Source of the DNA: a virus
Virus record (IMG/VR): IMGVR_UViG_3300037851_000865
Span: 93,232-157,231 of that record
Reading direction: 5' to 3' (one strand)
DNA: 64,000 bases
A program made the position numbers and the translations under genes. The notes below the pieces were generated by a model that saw only the letters and a list, made by a program, of their open reading frames with translations, made no database searches and had not been told where the DNA came from. Shown piece after piece: positions 8,672-18,971 of the stretch; within the stretch, counting starts at the first letter, position 1, and each line of letters begins with the position of its first letter.

Positions 8672-11600
8672 TGTTCGGCGGTAACGATAACTCCATTTCC
8701 TTCGCACAACGCATCAGGATTCGCTGCTTTCTCGAGGGAGTAGAGATTCCGGTAATCGCGGCGAACATTACGGCGACTCCAAACAGCCCGTCTGTGTGTT
8801 CTTTGCAGATTCCCCCTCTCGTTGAGGGCACGCGACTGCTGCCCCGCACGCTCGTACACGTGTTCTTCCAGGATGCGTACGAGACAGCAAATCCGTTCCT
8901 GGTTGACTCAGCAGTGGCAGGCAAAACGGACGGCGATGAGACAGACCCTACGGCGAGGGAGGCGGCAAACACTACGGTAGCCAACCCGACGCAGGTCATT
9001 GCCGCGCCAGGTCCATGCGGAGACAACCGTAACAAAGACTGGCAGATGACTCGGTTCAAGCTCTGCTTCGTAGGGGAGGTTGTCGGATTTACTTGGACCA
9101 AGACCCCGATGAACCGCTCGCTCTTGCTGCAGTGCGAGGACCTGTCGAACTACTGGGACTATGCGTACCAGTGGGACAACACAGGTATCTTTGGCCCTGG
9201 TATGAAAGCCATGTTCAGCGGCGGCGCCACGAACCTGTTCACCGACTTCTTGTCGAGCTCAGGCTCCGTCCTTGCCAACATCATTCTTTCAGGCAAGTGC
9301 AACACGTTCCCGAATCTTCAGGGCCTGGCCGCGGGTATCGTACGTCTCGTCGAGTCCATTGGTGGCTCCTATTACGTACCCAGCAACAAGAAGGGACTGA
9401 AGAAGTTTGCGGGACAGAACACCTTCTTCTCTATTGCTGAGCTCCGTCTGCACATCACGCAGATGATTACTGCTTATGAGTTTGATGAGACGTCGAAGCG
9501 TCTTCTCTCTAGGGGCGGCTATGACGGCATGTTCAACAGAACTCTCGGAGGGCTTGGCTCACAGGTGAGCATCAGGAAGGCGATGGCTGCCATCACCAGG
9601 ACGATGTTCCATGAGACTTACCCGCAGCCTTGCCCTCGCTACATCAAAGGTACAGGCACCGACCCCAGCGGCTCAGAACGTATAGCGCTCATCAACGACA
9701 AGGACGGTCTTGCACAGTTCGCCATCTACGCAAAGAACTGTGCCGAGGCTCTGCGCGACGTAGAGGATGAGTTCTCTCTGTATCGCGGCCTCTCTAAGGC
9801 GGACTTCAAGCAGCAAGAGGGTGCCGCGCGCACTTCTCTAGGCTTTCAGGGTCAGGTCATGAAGAGCATGTCCGAAACGCTGAAGAGACAGCAGACGCAG
9901 ATAAAGCCGAAGAATGGCCCAGAGCAACTGGAGTCTCTGTACATCAAAGCTTCTCGCGCACTAGCGCAAGCGTCTCAACAGGTTCCTCGCTGGTATCCCA
10001 ACAACGCAAGCGACAAGAGCTTGGTCACACTTCTGGGAGATGCCATTCAGGCGCTAGACCAGGTGGCTGTGATGACGGTGAATCGACCCAAAGGCAAGCA
10101 GCAGATTCCTGCACGCCTTGTCCAGCAGATTCTTCGTCCAGACATTTGGTTCGGAGCACCTCCTAGGTGCAACGTTTTGTTCCCGGACATGTACACACAG
10201 CTGAATTACCAGCGCATGTTCCTTCAGGAACCTACCCGCTTCATGCTCAAGACGAACGATGAGTTCTTCGGGGAGGACTTCTTGTTCGACAAGTTCTACT
10301 TCGCTCCTCAGGCGGGCTCCTTGCAGAAGGATAAGGCACGCATGAGCGACATGCTCAAGAACGACATCCTGGACCACGAGCTCTTCACTGGTATTCTTCC
10401 GGTGTTCGAGAAGATGGGTGAGTTCAATGTCTTTGCCGCACGCTCCAATCGCGAACAAGCAGGCAAAGTTGTGAAAGTCAGCTACGCCCAACGCAGCGCC
10501 AACTTCCTGTACTTCAAACACAGATTCAACGCCCGACAGTTTCAGGTGGAGGCCCGCTTCAACCCCTACGTGGCCGTCGGTTTTCCGGGAGTCATCATCG
10601 ACAAGTGGGTGGACCAGAAGGCTGCCAATGCCATCAGGGCTATCCGTGACCAGTTCATCCAGACCGACCCCGGTGCTCGAGAACAGATTCTTCCCGAGTA
10701 CACGGCAGAGCTGATGGGTACTAACTTCCTCGCCAATTTTGTGGAGGTTTCTCATTCGCTCTCTCAGGCATCGCTGCTGGGTAACACGTCCATTCGGTGC
10801 AACTACGCGCGACAGGTGGAGGAGAGCGCGGAGTTCTTTGGCATCGAGGACTCGAAAGAAGTACAGCGTAGACAGGAAGGGGACGCCCGCCGCACGACAA
10901 TCGTTGCCGCAGTATCAGCGCCGGACTTGTACTCGCTTGGGCCCAACCAAGGACAGATTGTTGGCAGGCAGGAGGTTACGGACAAGTACGTGGTTCGTGA
11001 CATCGACCAGCCGGGTTTCCTGGATACCTCGGGACAGAACCTTCCTGTGTTCTTCACCGGCGCACGGCGAGCCGGGGGTACCAACAAGTACAGCCAGCTG
11101 AAGGTTCCTGTTGGTGTGCGCTTAACGCCCAAAGATTTGCCGGCAGCAGACAAGGTCCTCTTGTCTGATTTCTTGGGCGGAGACGACAAGGAAGTTGTGT
11201 TCCGGGCCTTCTCGATTGAGGAGGACATTCCTCGGTACCGCCTCGAGCGAGTAGCCTTGCCCGTGGAGGAGCTCATTCGCCCTGGCTGGTACGGAGACAT
11301 CTGGGGTCCCGGACGCATCGGCGAGGTCTACAAGGACTTCTTCGGTATCGGGTCCATCACTGAGCCGACCGTCATCCTGGATGGAGGCGGGAGCTCGAGC
11401 GAGGCACTTCAGCAGGCTATCGCTGAAGCGCAGAAGGCAGAGGATGCGGACTCCGCGCTGGTGGCACTGCCTACCGTCACATCTCTTCGGGAGGGGTCTA
11501 CCATCTCCCAGGCGGTTGAGTTTTTGACCCTGACCTACTCCTACGTGAAGCAGGCGGGCTTGGACGCCGACGAGTTCATCAGGGCCTACACCTGGCGGCC

Positions 11601-11871
11601 CATCGCGACGATGTTCGACATGTACGGGTCCACGGACCTTACCTTCGACTCCCGGGGCATCGCGGCCTTGACGGGGGTTGAGGGTTTCCACTCTCGAGCA
11701 TTTGGCCCCTATGCGGACTTGTTCGGTTTGGTTACCCCAGAGGTCGACACTCTCCTGGGTATCAAGCGCGGGTCTGTCACGGCGCAGAAGGGTGATACCC
11801 GCATGCGCAAGAGGCAGGCCGCTTTAACCCTGCAGTCAGCGCTGAGCTTCGGGACTGCTCAAGTGGGGTAG
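8671..11871 (+). CDS. putative baseplate hub-like structural protein
   Basis: 1066 aa; hub-like features (LQCEDLSNYWD; ARFNPYVAVGFPGVIID); coupled to the upstream gene. Confidence 0.5.
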   Translation: MFGGNDNSISFAQRIRIRCFLEGVEIPVIAANITATPNSPSVCSLQIPPLVEGTRLLPRTLVHVFFQDAYETANPFLVDSAVAGKTDGDETDPTAREAANTTVANPTQVIAAPGPCGDNRNKDWQMTRFKLCFVGEVVGFTWTKTPMNRSLLLQCEDLSNYWDYAYQWDNTGIFGPGMKAMFSGGATNLFTDFLSSSGSVLANIILSGKCNTFPNLQGLAAGIVRLVESIGGSYYVPSNKKGLKKFAGQNTFFSIAELRLHITQMITAYEFDETSKRLLSRGGYDGMFNRTLGGLGSQVSIRKAMAAITRTMFHETYPQPCPRYIKGTGTDPSGSERIALINDKDGLAQFAIYAKNCAEALRDVEDEFSLYRGLSKADFKQQEGAARTSLGFQGQVMKSMSETLKRQQTQIKPKNGPEQLESLYIKASRALAQASQQVPRWYPNNASDKSLVTLLGDAIQALDQVAVMTVNRPKGKQQIPARLVQQILRPDIWFGAPPRCNVLFPDMYTQLNYQRMFLQEPTRFMLKTNDEFFGEDFLFDKFYFAPQAGSLQKDKARMSDMLKNDILDHELFTGILPVFEKMGEFNVFAARSNREQAGKVVKVSYAQRSANFLYFKHRFNARQFQVEARFNPYVAVGFPGVIIDKWVDQKAANAIRAIRDQFIQTDPGAREQILPEYTAELMGTNFLANFVEVSHSLSQASLLGNTSIRCNYARQVEESAEFFGIEDSKEVQRRQEGDARRTTIVAAVSAPDLYSLGPNQGQIVGRQEVTDKYVVRDIDQPGFLDTSGQNLPVFFTGARRAGGTNKYSQLKVPVGVRLTPKDLPAADKVLLSDFLGGDDKEVVFRAFSIEEDIPRYRLERVALPVEELIRPGWYGDIWGPGRIGEVYKDFFGIGSITEPTVILDGGGSSSEALQQAIAEAQKAEDADSALVALPTVTSLREGSTISQAVEFLTLTYSYVKQAGLDADEFIRAYTWRPIATMFDMYGSTDLTFDSRGIAALTGVEGFHSRAFGPYADLFGLVTPEVDTLLGIKRGSVTAQKGDTRMRKRQAALTLQSALSFGTAQVG

Positions 11872-11911
11872 TAACTTCCGCTCAAGTGGAAATAAAGGTA
11901 GAATCTGCAGC

Positions 11912-13750
11912 ATGTCCTCTCAGCTGGGTCGAGCACTGGTGAAAGAGGCGGTCTCTAAGGGCCGCCTTACTATCCCGCAGAGCCGTAAAGGTCGCCGCCC
12001 CATCAGCGTGGACAAGTTTCTCCAGAAGGAGAAGGAAGGCACTCTGTACAAGATGTCCGCAGAGCACAAAGACCAGATTCCCGGAGGCAAGGCTGATAGC
12101 AATCAGCCGAGCGACTTTTCGAAGGACCAAATTCGCAAGGGCACCAAAGTCGAGATGGAGCACGTGAATGACCGCAGTCTCGCAGAGGAGATTGCAATGG
12201 ACCATCTTGCGGAGTTCCCCGACTACTACGACCGTCTTGCCAAGATGGAAGCACAGGCCGAGAAGGCAAAAGAAGCGTCCTATCAGGACAAGCTTCCTTG
12301 GTACACCTCGGCTCTGGGAGGAACTACGGGGTACGAGCTCGGCAAACACCTCGCTCCTGCGAAGTACAAGCACCTCGCAGCTGTTGGCGGTCTTCTTGGG
12401 GGTACGGCACTTGGTCTCGAGAGCGGTACCGCTCTCGGGAAGCGTCTCGACCGTAAGGCAAAGGTCGCACACGCAATGCGCGAGTTCCTGGAGAAGAACG
12501 CAAACTCCAACCAGCCAGCCTCTCGTCTCTTCCTCGGCAGCGCTCGTGGCCCTGAGCAGGTCATCGAGGATGTTTCTCCTTTTGGCATCTCGGCGGCTAC
12601 TCGTGTGCGTCCAGGAGACTCTCCTTCCCGCACTGACGCCCCTGGTGAGGGGTATCCCCGCAACGAGACCGCCTTGGACAACCGACAGCTGAATATGGCG
12701 ATGAAGGTCGCCGGCGAAGGTTCTGGTATGGGGCACTTGGTCGACCAAAAGAATCAGTACCCGTCTCGTGCCGAGATGGAACGCCAGGACCCCGTTGGTG
12801 CTGAGTTCGGTCGTATCGGCGAGGGCTTTCAGCGTGCGGGCGCAAACACTCCAGTGTTCGGGTACAACCCCAACTGGAACACCAAGGTGGCTGCAGAGGA
12901 GCCCTACATCCTCACGGTCGACGACTGGGAGAAGGTGGCGCAGGCCTACGAAGAAATCATCTCCGAGTACGATGGTGTGAAGCTTGCGAGCGCTAGCCTT
13001 GAGGAGCTCCACAAGGAAGCGTTCATGGGGGCGCTTCGGAAGGTTCTTCCGCAGAGCAAGAAAATCATCAACGTCGGCGGTGAGGTTGTGGACCTTCGGC
13101 AGAAGATTCTCCCCTCCTTCAAGAGCATGGGTCATGCGCTTGAGCAGCGCGGAAAGATGTTCCAGCTACCCAAAGGCGTGACCCCGGAGATGGCGCGAGC
13201 CGCCGGCAACATGCGCGGAGGCTCGGCTGGCGGACGTATCTTCGGCCAAGGTCTTCACGACGCCGGACACCACATGGCTCATACAGGTGCTGTCGGCGCT
13301 ATCGCCAACCCTCTGGGCAAGCCCATCGGAGGCTTTCTCGAAGGTGTAGCCTCTCAGTCGGGCAAGGAGCTGCAGCGTGTCGGACAAGGCATGGCGGGGC
13401 GCATGGGCTCGATGGCTACCTCAGTGGGCGGTGGGCTACAGCGCCACGCAGGAAAGATTGGTCTGGGAGGAGAGATTCTCGGAGCGGCCGGTACCGCCAC
13501 AGCACTCGGCCACGCCGTGAGCCCAGCGGCTCAAGGGTTGGCCCTGGCGGCCAAAAAGACAGGTCTCTACGCGCCCGGCAAGCAAATGCTTGGCAGCTTC
13601 GGGTTCAACCTGGCGAAGGACGTAGCAGCTACAGGGGCTGAAGGTGCTGTATCTGGCGCTGGTAAGTTGATGGGCCCCCTCAAGGCGGGTGCGCAGGCTG
13701 TCGGCAGGATGATTCCCGGTTTGGCTCGAGCAGGAGGTGCACCAGTATGA
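11912..13750 (+). CDS. putative virion protein with a DUF5661-like domain and repeated K-x-A motifs
   Basis: IPGGKAD...KGTKVEMEH...AEEIAMDHLAEFPDYYDRLAKME resembles DUF5661; Gly-zipper segments; leaderless promoter TAGAAT 11899-11904. Confidence 0.65.
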   Translation: MSSQLGRALVKEAVSKGRLTIPQSRKGRRPISVDKFLQKEKEGTLYKMSAEHKDQIPGGKADSNQPSDFSKDQIRKGTKVEMEHVNDRSLAEEIAMDHLAEFPDYYDRLAKMEAQAEKAKEASYQDKLPWYTSALGGTTGYELGKHLAPAKYKHLAAVGGLLGGTALGLESGTALGKRLDRKAKVAHAMREFLEKNANSNQPASRLFLGSARGPEQVIEDVSPFGISAATRVRPGDSPSRTDAPGEGYPRNETALDNRQLNMAMKVAGEGSGMGHLVDQKNQYPSRAEMERQDPVGAEFGRIGEGFQRAGANTPVFGYNPNWNTKVAAEEPYILTVDDWEKVAQAYEEIISEYDGVKLASASLEELHKEAFMGALRKVLPQSKKIINVGGEVVDLRQKILPSFKSMGHALEQRGKMFQLPKGVTPEMARAAGNMRGGSAGGRIFGQGLHDAGHHMAHTGAVGAIANPLGKPIGGFLEGVASQSGKELQRVGQGMAGRMGSMATSVGGGLQRHAGKIGLGGEILGAAGTATALGHAVSPAAQGLALAAKKTGLYAPGKQMLGSFGFNLAKDVAATGAEGAVSGAGKLMGPLKAGAQAVGRMIPGLARAGGAPV

Positions 13751-14208
13751 CCGACCGATTTTACTTCATGCTGGAGGAGCTCACGAAGCTCTGTGCCTCG
13801 GATGTATCCCGTGCGGAGGCTCTCGAAGCACAGGCGCACTTGAAGCGTCTCGAAGAAGAGAAACCTGCTCCCGAGGAGATTACTCGAGGCACCGTGGCTG
13901 GAGGCCTTGTGGGGCTGGCTAGCAACATTGCACGCAGTACCGTCAAGGGCGACTTACCGCGCGCAATCTCGAACGCGGTACACACCCCCACCGTCAAAGG
14001 CAAGGCGTTGGCGCTTGGAAAGTCGCTTGCAACTGGCCTTCATGACTCAGCAGCCGCCACTGCAGGCTCTGCTACCTTCGGGGCGCTGATGCCTCACGTA
14101 CGAGGGCACCTCGAACGCGAGGCAGAGAAGGATAAGATTCGCCAGTACCTCGGCACCGCTGAGGGCGGTGAAGTTCGCCGGAAGTCCAAGAAGTATCTGG
14201 GAATCTGA
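13747..14208 (+). CDS. putative virion protein (Gly/Ala hydrophobic hairpin)
   Basis: ATGA coupling; FMLEELTKLCA leader motif. Confidence 0.6.
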   Translation: MTDRFYFMLEELTKLCASDVSRAEALEAQAHLKRLEEEKPAPEEITRGTVAGGLVGLASNIARSTVKGDLPRAISNAVHTPTVKGKALALGKSLATGLHDSAAATAGSATFGALMPHVRGHLEREAEKDKIRQYLGTAEGGEVRRKSKKYLGI

Positions 14209-14209
14209 C

Positions 14210-17020
14210 ATGCCGAAATGGATTCACGACCGTGCTGACCATATCCTGTCGAAGCACCCGGACATGTCAAAGTCTGAGGCTTTTGCTATCGCTACCCAGC
14301 AGGCCCATAAGCTTGGAAAAACGCCGAAAGGGTACGGCACGGTGGCCGGTAAGCAGGAGGCCGAAGCGAAGTACGATGCCCCCAAGAGCTCGTACAAAAA
14401 GACCGCGGGCATTGCCAGCCGAGCTGTTGCTGCCTTGAAGGACAAGCGTGTTCAGGAGGCGCTGCTAGAGGAAGCTGTCCCGGCGGCTACTGCCGTAACG
14501 GGCGCCGTCCTTGCCGCAAACGCAGACAAGAACCCGTCGGCGGGGGCTGCCTTGGGTGCAGGTATTGGCGCGATTCCTAGCTTCACTGGCTTGAACGCAA
14601 AGCTCCTGAAAAAGCTTGGGTCCAAGAAGAGCGATGCAAAGAAACAGCGCGTCAAGGATGCTCTTCTCGGTGAAGGGGCTCCAGCACTAGGCGGTATTAT
14701 TGGTGCGGGTATCGGAGCGCGTTTTGGTCGACCTGTAGCCGGTTCGGCTCTCGGCGCGTCCGTAGGAGCCATTCCTGGTCTCATCATGGACAAGGAAGCG
14801 GCCAAAGCAGACGACAACGAGGAGATGAGCGCCGCCCAGAAAGCTACTGTGGGGGGCGCGGCTCTTGCACCTTTTGGTGGGATGGTTGGTCGAAAGAAAA
14901 TCATCCACGACCCTCTGCAGGGCGCGAAGGGCAAAGAGTACAAGACCATGGACGCGCTGTCTCGAGCAGCGATGCCGGGAGATGTTGTCGTCACCACAAA
15001 GCCGAAAGGCAGCTTGTTCAAGAGGTTCATCTCGCCGATTGGCGGTAGCGAGTTCTACCACACTCAGGGTGTTATCGACCGTGCAGGCGGACATGGCCTC
15101 ACCACAGACGTTGGACACCTCCCGGCATCTACTCCCGCAAGCCGTTTGCGCGCTGCGCTGCCCACGGTCGCTAACTACGGGGAAGAGTACCCAGACATGG
15201 TCCTTCTTCGTCCGAAGAAATCCCTCACCAAGGAGCAGCTCGCGAGCTTCTCGAGTGAGGTTGCTCGTCGCTCTAAGGACGATGTTGGCTATTCGGGCCA
15301 CAAAGCCTTTGGGTCCTACCTTCGAGAGCTGTTCGTTCCCCAGCTGGGCGGTGTAACCGGCGGAGGAGAGCAGGCAGCAAAGAAGGTTACGGACCTCGTA
15401 CCTACTCACGGTAGGGACGAGGTTGACCTTCCTCCTGCAGCGCTTCAGAAATTCAAAAGCACAGGGCAGCTGCCTTCCGGGGTAAAGATGAGGCCTCGCG
15501 TCGTGTGCGAGGGTAACTTCTGTTCCAGCGTGCCCTCTATGGCGCTGACAGAGAGCACCGGGCGGCAGGTTCTCTCAGGAAAGAAAGCTAAGGATGTCTT
15601 CCCGACAGACTTCCTCCGCTCTCCAGAGTACGAGCTGGTCGGCTCCCATGTCTCCGATAAGTATGCCAAAGGCAGAGCTGCTCGCCTGGCGAAGGAGTTG
15701 GGGGTGCGGAGTGCTGTTGGGGCTGGTTTGGCTGCAGGGGCCTACGGGGCAACCGAAAAGCCTGAGGCCGCTGGTGCTGTCGCCGGGGCTCTTGGTGCGA
15801 GTGCTCTCGCGAATGCTGTCGCAAAGCATCAGGCTCGAGGTTCTCAGCGTCTTGCCGAAGAGGCCCTCCCAACAGTTACAGGCACCATTCGGAGTCACTT
15901 CATCAACTACCCGCTGCCTTTCAAAGAGATGTCGAAGCGGTTTGCTTCGCGCAAGCTGCCTATCGCGCTCGCTGGCGCTGGTCTCGGTGCCGTGGGCACG
16001 CACGCGTTGATGAAGCATCTTTCCGACAAGGAGAAGTCTGCCAGCATCGGCTTCAAGCCCTTCAAGCCTCCAGCACTTGCTGCGTCGGCCATTCCGAAGC
16101 CTCCAAAGCTTCCCGGAGGACAGCTCAACGCTGCGCAGCGTTTGAAGAAGTCGCAGAACATCGGTATGCAGAAAGCCTTCGACCAGAAGAAGGACGGCAT
16201 TGAGCTTCAGAAGTTCAAGCCCATGAGCATGCTTACTCCCGATGCGGACAAGGTCGCGTTCGAGACCTCTCAGTATTCAGGACCACTCAGCTACGGCCCC
16301 TTCAAGATGCGTTCTGCTGAAGGTATGCCTAGCAACCCTGGCGGCATCAAGCTCAGTGGTCCTCCTGACCTTGGCGACGAGGAGAGCCCAGATACGGCTC
16401 GAGCGCACGAGTTGACCCAGAAGCGTGCTTCCGTCTGGAAGTCGGCACACTTCGCCATCGACGCCCTGGGCGCGTACGAGAAACGAGCAACGGTGACCTC
16501 ACCTGGCAGTCAGCTTCGCTCTGCTGTGCACAAGTTCTCGGGGCCTCGGATGACGGCGCCTGGTAAGTCCATCGCCCAAATCGCTAAGCCTAAGGGTTTT
16601 GGTACCCCTTTACCCGGCGCCACCAAGAGTGCTTCCGACAAGGAAGCGGCTCTTCGGGAGCTTGTTCGGCTTGGTCTCAAAGACGTTCCAGGAGCACCTC
16701 GCCTTGTGATGAAGCACCGCAACTGGGCGCAGCGTGCAGCTGTCGCTGACCGTATCGGCGATGCCTACGACTCTGCTGTGACCAAGCCCCTCATGCGAGG
16801 GATGGACAAAGCGGTGCTGAGTCGCATGCCTGAAGGGAAAGCGAAGACGCTTGCCTCTGCTGGGTTGAAAGCAGTTGCGCAGGACCCTGTGGGCATCGGC
16901 ATTACGTCCGTGGTGCCTGTGCCGGGAGCGCAAGCAGCTTACCTAGGGGCCAAGAAAGGCATCAGCTCCCTTGTCGATAAGCTCGACCCTGCGCCCGTAG
17001 CTGCAATCACAAGAGGCTAA
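14210..17020 (+). CDS. multidomain putative virion protein with a permuted papain-like (YiiX/NlpC-P60) domain
   Basis: PGDVVVT..GSEFYH (His first) then NFCSS (Cys) is the permuted catalytic order; many K-x-[AGS] motifs; duplicated Gly-zipper modules. Confidence 0.6.
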   Translation: MPKWIHDRADHILSKHPDMSKSEAFAIATQQAHKLGKTPKGYGTVAGKQEAEAKYDAPKSSYKKTAGIASRAVAALKDKRVQEALLEEAVPAATAVTGAVLAANADKNPSAGAALGAGIGAIPSFTGLNAKLLKKLGSKKSDAKKQRVKDALLGEGAPALGGIIGAGIGARFGRPVAGSALGASVGAIPGLIMDKEAAKADDNEEMSAAQKATVGGAALAPFGGMVGRKKIIHDPLQGAKGKEYKTMDALSRAAMPGDVVVTTKPKGSLFKRFISPIGGSEFYHTQGVIDRAGGHGLTTDVGHLPASTPASRLRAALPTVANYGEEYPDMVLLRPKKSLTKEQLASFSSEVARRSKDDVGYSGHKAFGSYLRELFVPQLGGVTGGGEQAAKKVTDLVPTHGRDEVDLPPAALQKFKSTGQLPSGVKMRPRVVCEGNFCSSVPSMALTESTGRQVLSGKKAKDVFPTDFLRSPEYELVGSHVSDKYAKGRAARLAKELGVRSAVGAGLAAGAYGATEKPEAAGAVAGALGASALANAVAKHQARGSQRLAEEALPTVTGTIRSHFINYPLPFKEMSKRFASRKLPIALAGAGLGAVGTHALMKHLSDKEKSASIGFKPFKPPALAASAIPKPPKLPGGQLNAAQRLKKSQNIGMQKAFDQKKDGIELQKFKPMSMLTPDADKVAFETSQYSGPLSYGPFKMRSAEGMPSNPGGIKLSGPPDLGDEESPDTARAHELTQKRASVWKSAHFAIDALGAYEKRATVTSPGSQLRSAVHKFSGPRMTAPGKSIAQIAKPKGFGTPLPGATKSASDKEAALRELVRLGLKDVPGAPRLVMKHRNWAQRAAVADRIGDAYDSAVTKPLMRGMDKAVLSRMPEGKAKTLASAGLKAVAQDPVGIGITSVVPVPGAQAAYLGAKKGISSLVDKLDPAPVAAITRG

Positions 17021-17029
17021 CCGGTATAA
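17003..17029 (+). promoter_or_regulatory. phage promoter GCAA-N16-GGTATAA
   Basis: Motif match directly upstream of 17040. Confidence 0.7.
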
Positions 17030-17039
17030 GGGTCATGGT

Positions 17040-17678
17040 ATGACCCGCCCATTTGTAATTTGCCAGCTGGGTGCAGGGTACGTACAGCAGTTACGTACCC
17101 ACCAGCTGCGCAGTGACGTAAAGAACGACTTCGACGCCTTCGACACACAGCAGGCATTTGAAACACTTGTAGACCTACTAAACGGCGCCAATCCGTACTC
17201 GGAGGTGTCGCGTGTTCGAGCACTGGCGTTGGGCCAGCTGCTTTGTCGCTTGTTCCTACGCGAGCTAGCGAGAGGGCGCAATCAGAAGGCCACCATCGAA
17301 GAGATGGCAGAGATGGCTTTGTCGTCCAGCGCCTTTGTGTCGTTTTATTCAGTGGAAGACATCGAACAAGCAAAAGCTGTGCTTGTAGCCCGCTACGAGG
17401 ACAGAGAGCTTACAGAAATCAACGAGCAGCTTGCGGGCAGCAACAAGCAGCTGCGCGGTATGACTGCTCAGCGCTACCAACGTGTCCACGATTGCTGGGA
17501 GACGCTTTCTGTTTATTTAGCTGAGCTGGTGCGCCTTTTGCGCGGCGCTGACAACGATAGGTACTTGGGCAAGAAAGGCGCGGCTGCGATGCTTATCTTG
17601 TCGGAGTACTCAGAGGTAATACGTATCGGACAGAAACTCATGCTCATGAACAAGGAGAACTCAGAGTGGAACCTGTAA
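17040..17678 (+). CDS. hypothetical protein
   Basis: 212 aa ORF behind a promoter. Confidence 0.65.
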   Translation: MTRPFVICQLGAGYVQQLRTHQLRSDVKNDFDAFDTQQAFETLVDLLNGANPYSEVSRVRALALGQLLCRLFLRELARGRNQKATIEEMAEMALSSSAFVSFYSVEDIEQAKAVLVARYEDRELTEINEQLAGSNKQLRGMTAQRYQRVHDCWETLSVYLAELVRLLRGADNDRYLGKKGAAAMLILSEYSEVIRIGQKLMLMNKENSEWNL

Positions 17679-18022
17679 ACAAGCTGCCCGGTCTCACCTT
17701 TCACGTGGAGACTGCCCAGCTGACCAACAAGCTTGGTAAAGCAGAGATACACGCAGACGTGAACGACGTGGACATGTGGGAACAGGTCATCACGAAACTA
17801 GATGGGCTGCGTATCTACACCGTAGAAGACCTTGCAACTTCTGTAATGGAGGTACTGCAGACGGAAAACAAAGAAGAGAAGATGGCACACGCGCGTCAGA
17901 CAGAAGAGCTTCGGCAGCAGCTGGAGACACTCAAGCAGCGAAACAGTTTTCTCGAGCAACAGAACGCGGAGTACGCCAGAGTTAATGCGCTGTGGATACA
18001 GCGCTACGGAGGACAGACGTGA
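17666..18022 (+). CDS. coiled-coil hypothetical protein
   Basis: AAGGAG RBS; heptad-like C-terminus. Confidence 0.7.
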   Translation: MEPVNKLPGLTFHVETAQLTNKLGKAEIHADVNDVDMWEQVITKLDGLRIYTVEDLATSVMEVLQTENKEEKMAHARQTEELRQQLETLKQRNSFLEQQNAEYARVNALWIQRYGGQT

Positions 18023-18201
18023 ACATCGACTTGCTTTACTTTTCGGTACAAGGTCGTCGCGTAGATAAAATCGAGTACGACGGCGAGAACTTCAAACTGA
18101 CCTTTGACATGTATGGCTACGGTAAAGGGCCGACACTCAAAGACGCGTGCGACGACTTCATCAGACGTGAGGAAGAGGAAAGGGAGAGGCTCGCACGTTG
18201 A
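18019..18201 (+). CDS. hypothetical protein
   Basis: GGAGG RBS, GTGA overlap. Confidence 0.6.
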   Translation: MNIDLLYFSVQGRRVDKIEYDGENFKLTFDMYGYGKGPTLKDACDDFIRREEEERERLAR

Positions 18202-18971
18202 ACATCTTTGCTGTTGACGAGAACCCCAAAGAAGCAGCTCGCATGCTGTGCGACAAGCATGTGAGCAAGATGGTCGTTGAGAGCGTGCAGATTCTCAGCA
18301 TGGCCATGCAGCACAGAGGTCTTTGGTCTCCGGGCATGTACAAACCCGTCAAGTCCTGGATGCAGCATCCGTGTACTTTGTGGGCGGCTGAGTCCTGGGC
18401 CAACTTTGCATGGCTGGGAACTCACGCGCAGGAGCTCTGCACGGAATACACGAACAGGTACCACAGGCAGCATGCCAGCAGGGACATCCTCACGTTCATT
18501 CTTCTGACCCTCAAGTCCAAGATTGTTCTGACCCGTGAGGACCTGCTGCCTCACTGGAAGGAGCACACCCCCTTCGTCCAGACCATGCCGGACAAGTACC
18601 GCCACCCAGACGGGGTTCAGGCCTACAGGAACTTCTACATCTGCGAAAAAGTTCGGTTTGCCCGCTGGGCACACTCCTGTCGGCCGGTGTGGATGGACAG
18701 TGCTCCCGTTCTGGTCTCGAGCGGTGTAGAATCTCCGAATGAACCACAACGCGAACGAACGGTACCAGGGAGTGTTCGAGGACTTTCTTCTGAGCAAGGA
18801 AGCGTCGGACAAGAGCAGCTACACACCGGGAGACGAGGACGAGTCGACGGTGGGGGTGAACAGCGGGCAGCAGCCGAAGCCACAGGGCCGGGGCGAGAAC
18901 ACAATCGACGCCCCGTGGGGCGACAATCCCGCACCCGAAAGCTCCAGCAACAAGGTAGTGCATCACAGTGA
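18198..18971 (+). CDS. pyrimidine-dimer DNA glycosylase / endonuclease V-like protein
   Basis: MNIFAVDENPKEAARMLCDKHVSKMVVESVQILS, HPCTLW, QTMPDKY, AYRNFY family motifs. Confidence 0.85.
   Translation: MNIFAVDENPKEAARMLCDKHVSKMVVESVQILSMAMQHRGLWSPGMYKPVKSWMQHPCTLWAAESWANFAWLGTHAQELCTEYTNRYHRQHASRDILTFILLTLKSKIVLTREDLLPHWKEHTPFVQTMPDKYRHPDGVQAYRNFYICEKVRFARWAHSCRPVWMDSAPVLVSSGVESPNEPQRERTVPGSVRGLSSEQGSVGQEQLHTGRRGRVDGGGEQRAAAEATGPGREHNRRPVGRQSRTRKLQQQGSASQ

Noticed and set aside
11882-13135. 417-aa antisense ORF
   Set aside because: Shadow of the 612-aa plus-strand gene; no RBS or recognisable motif.
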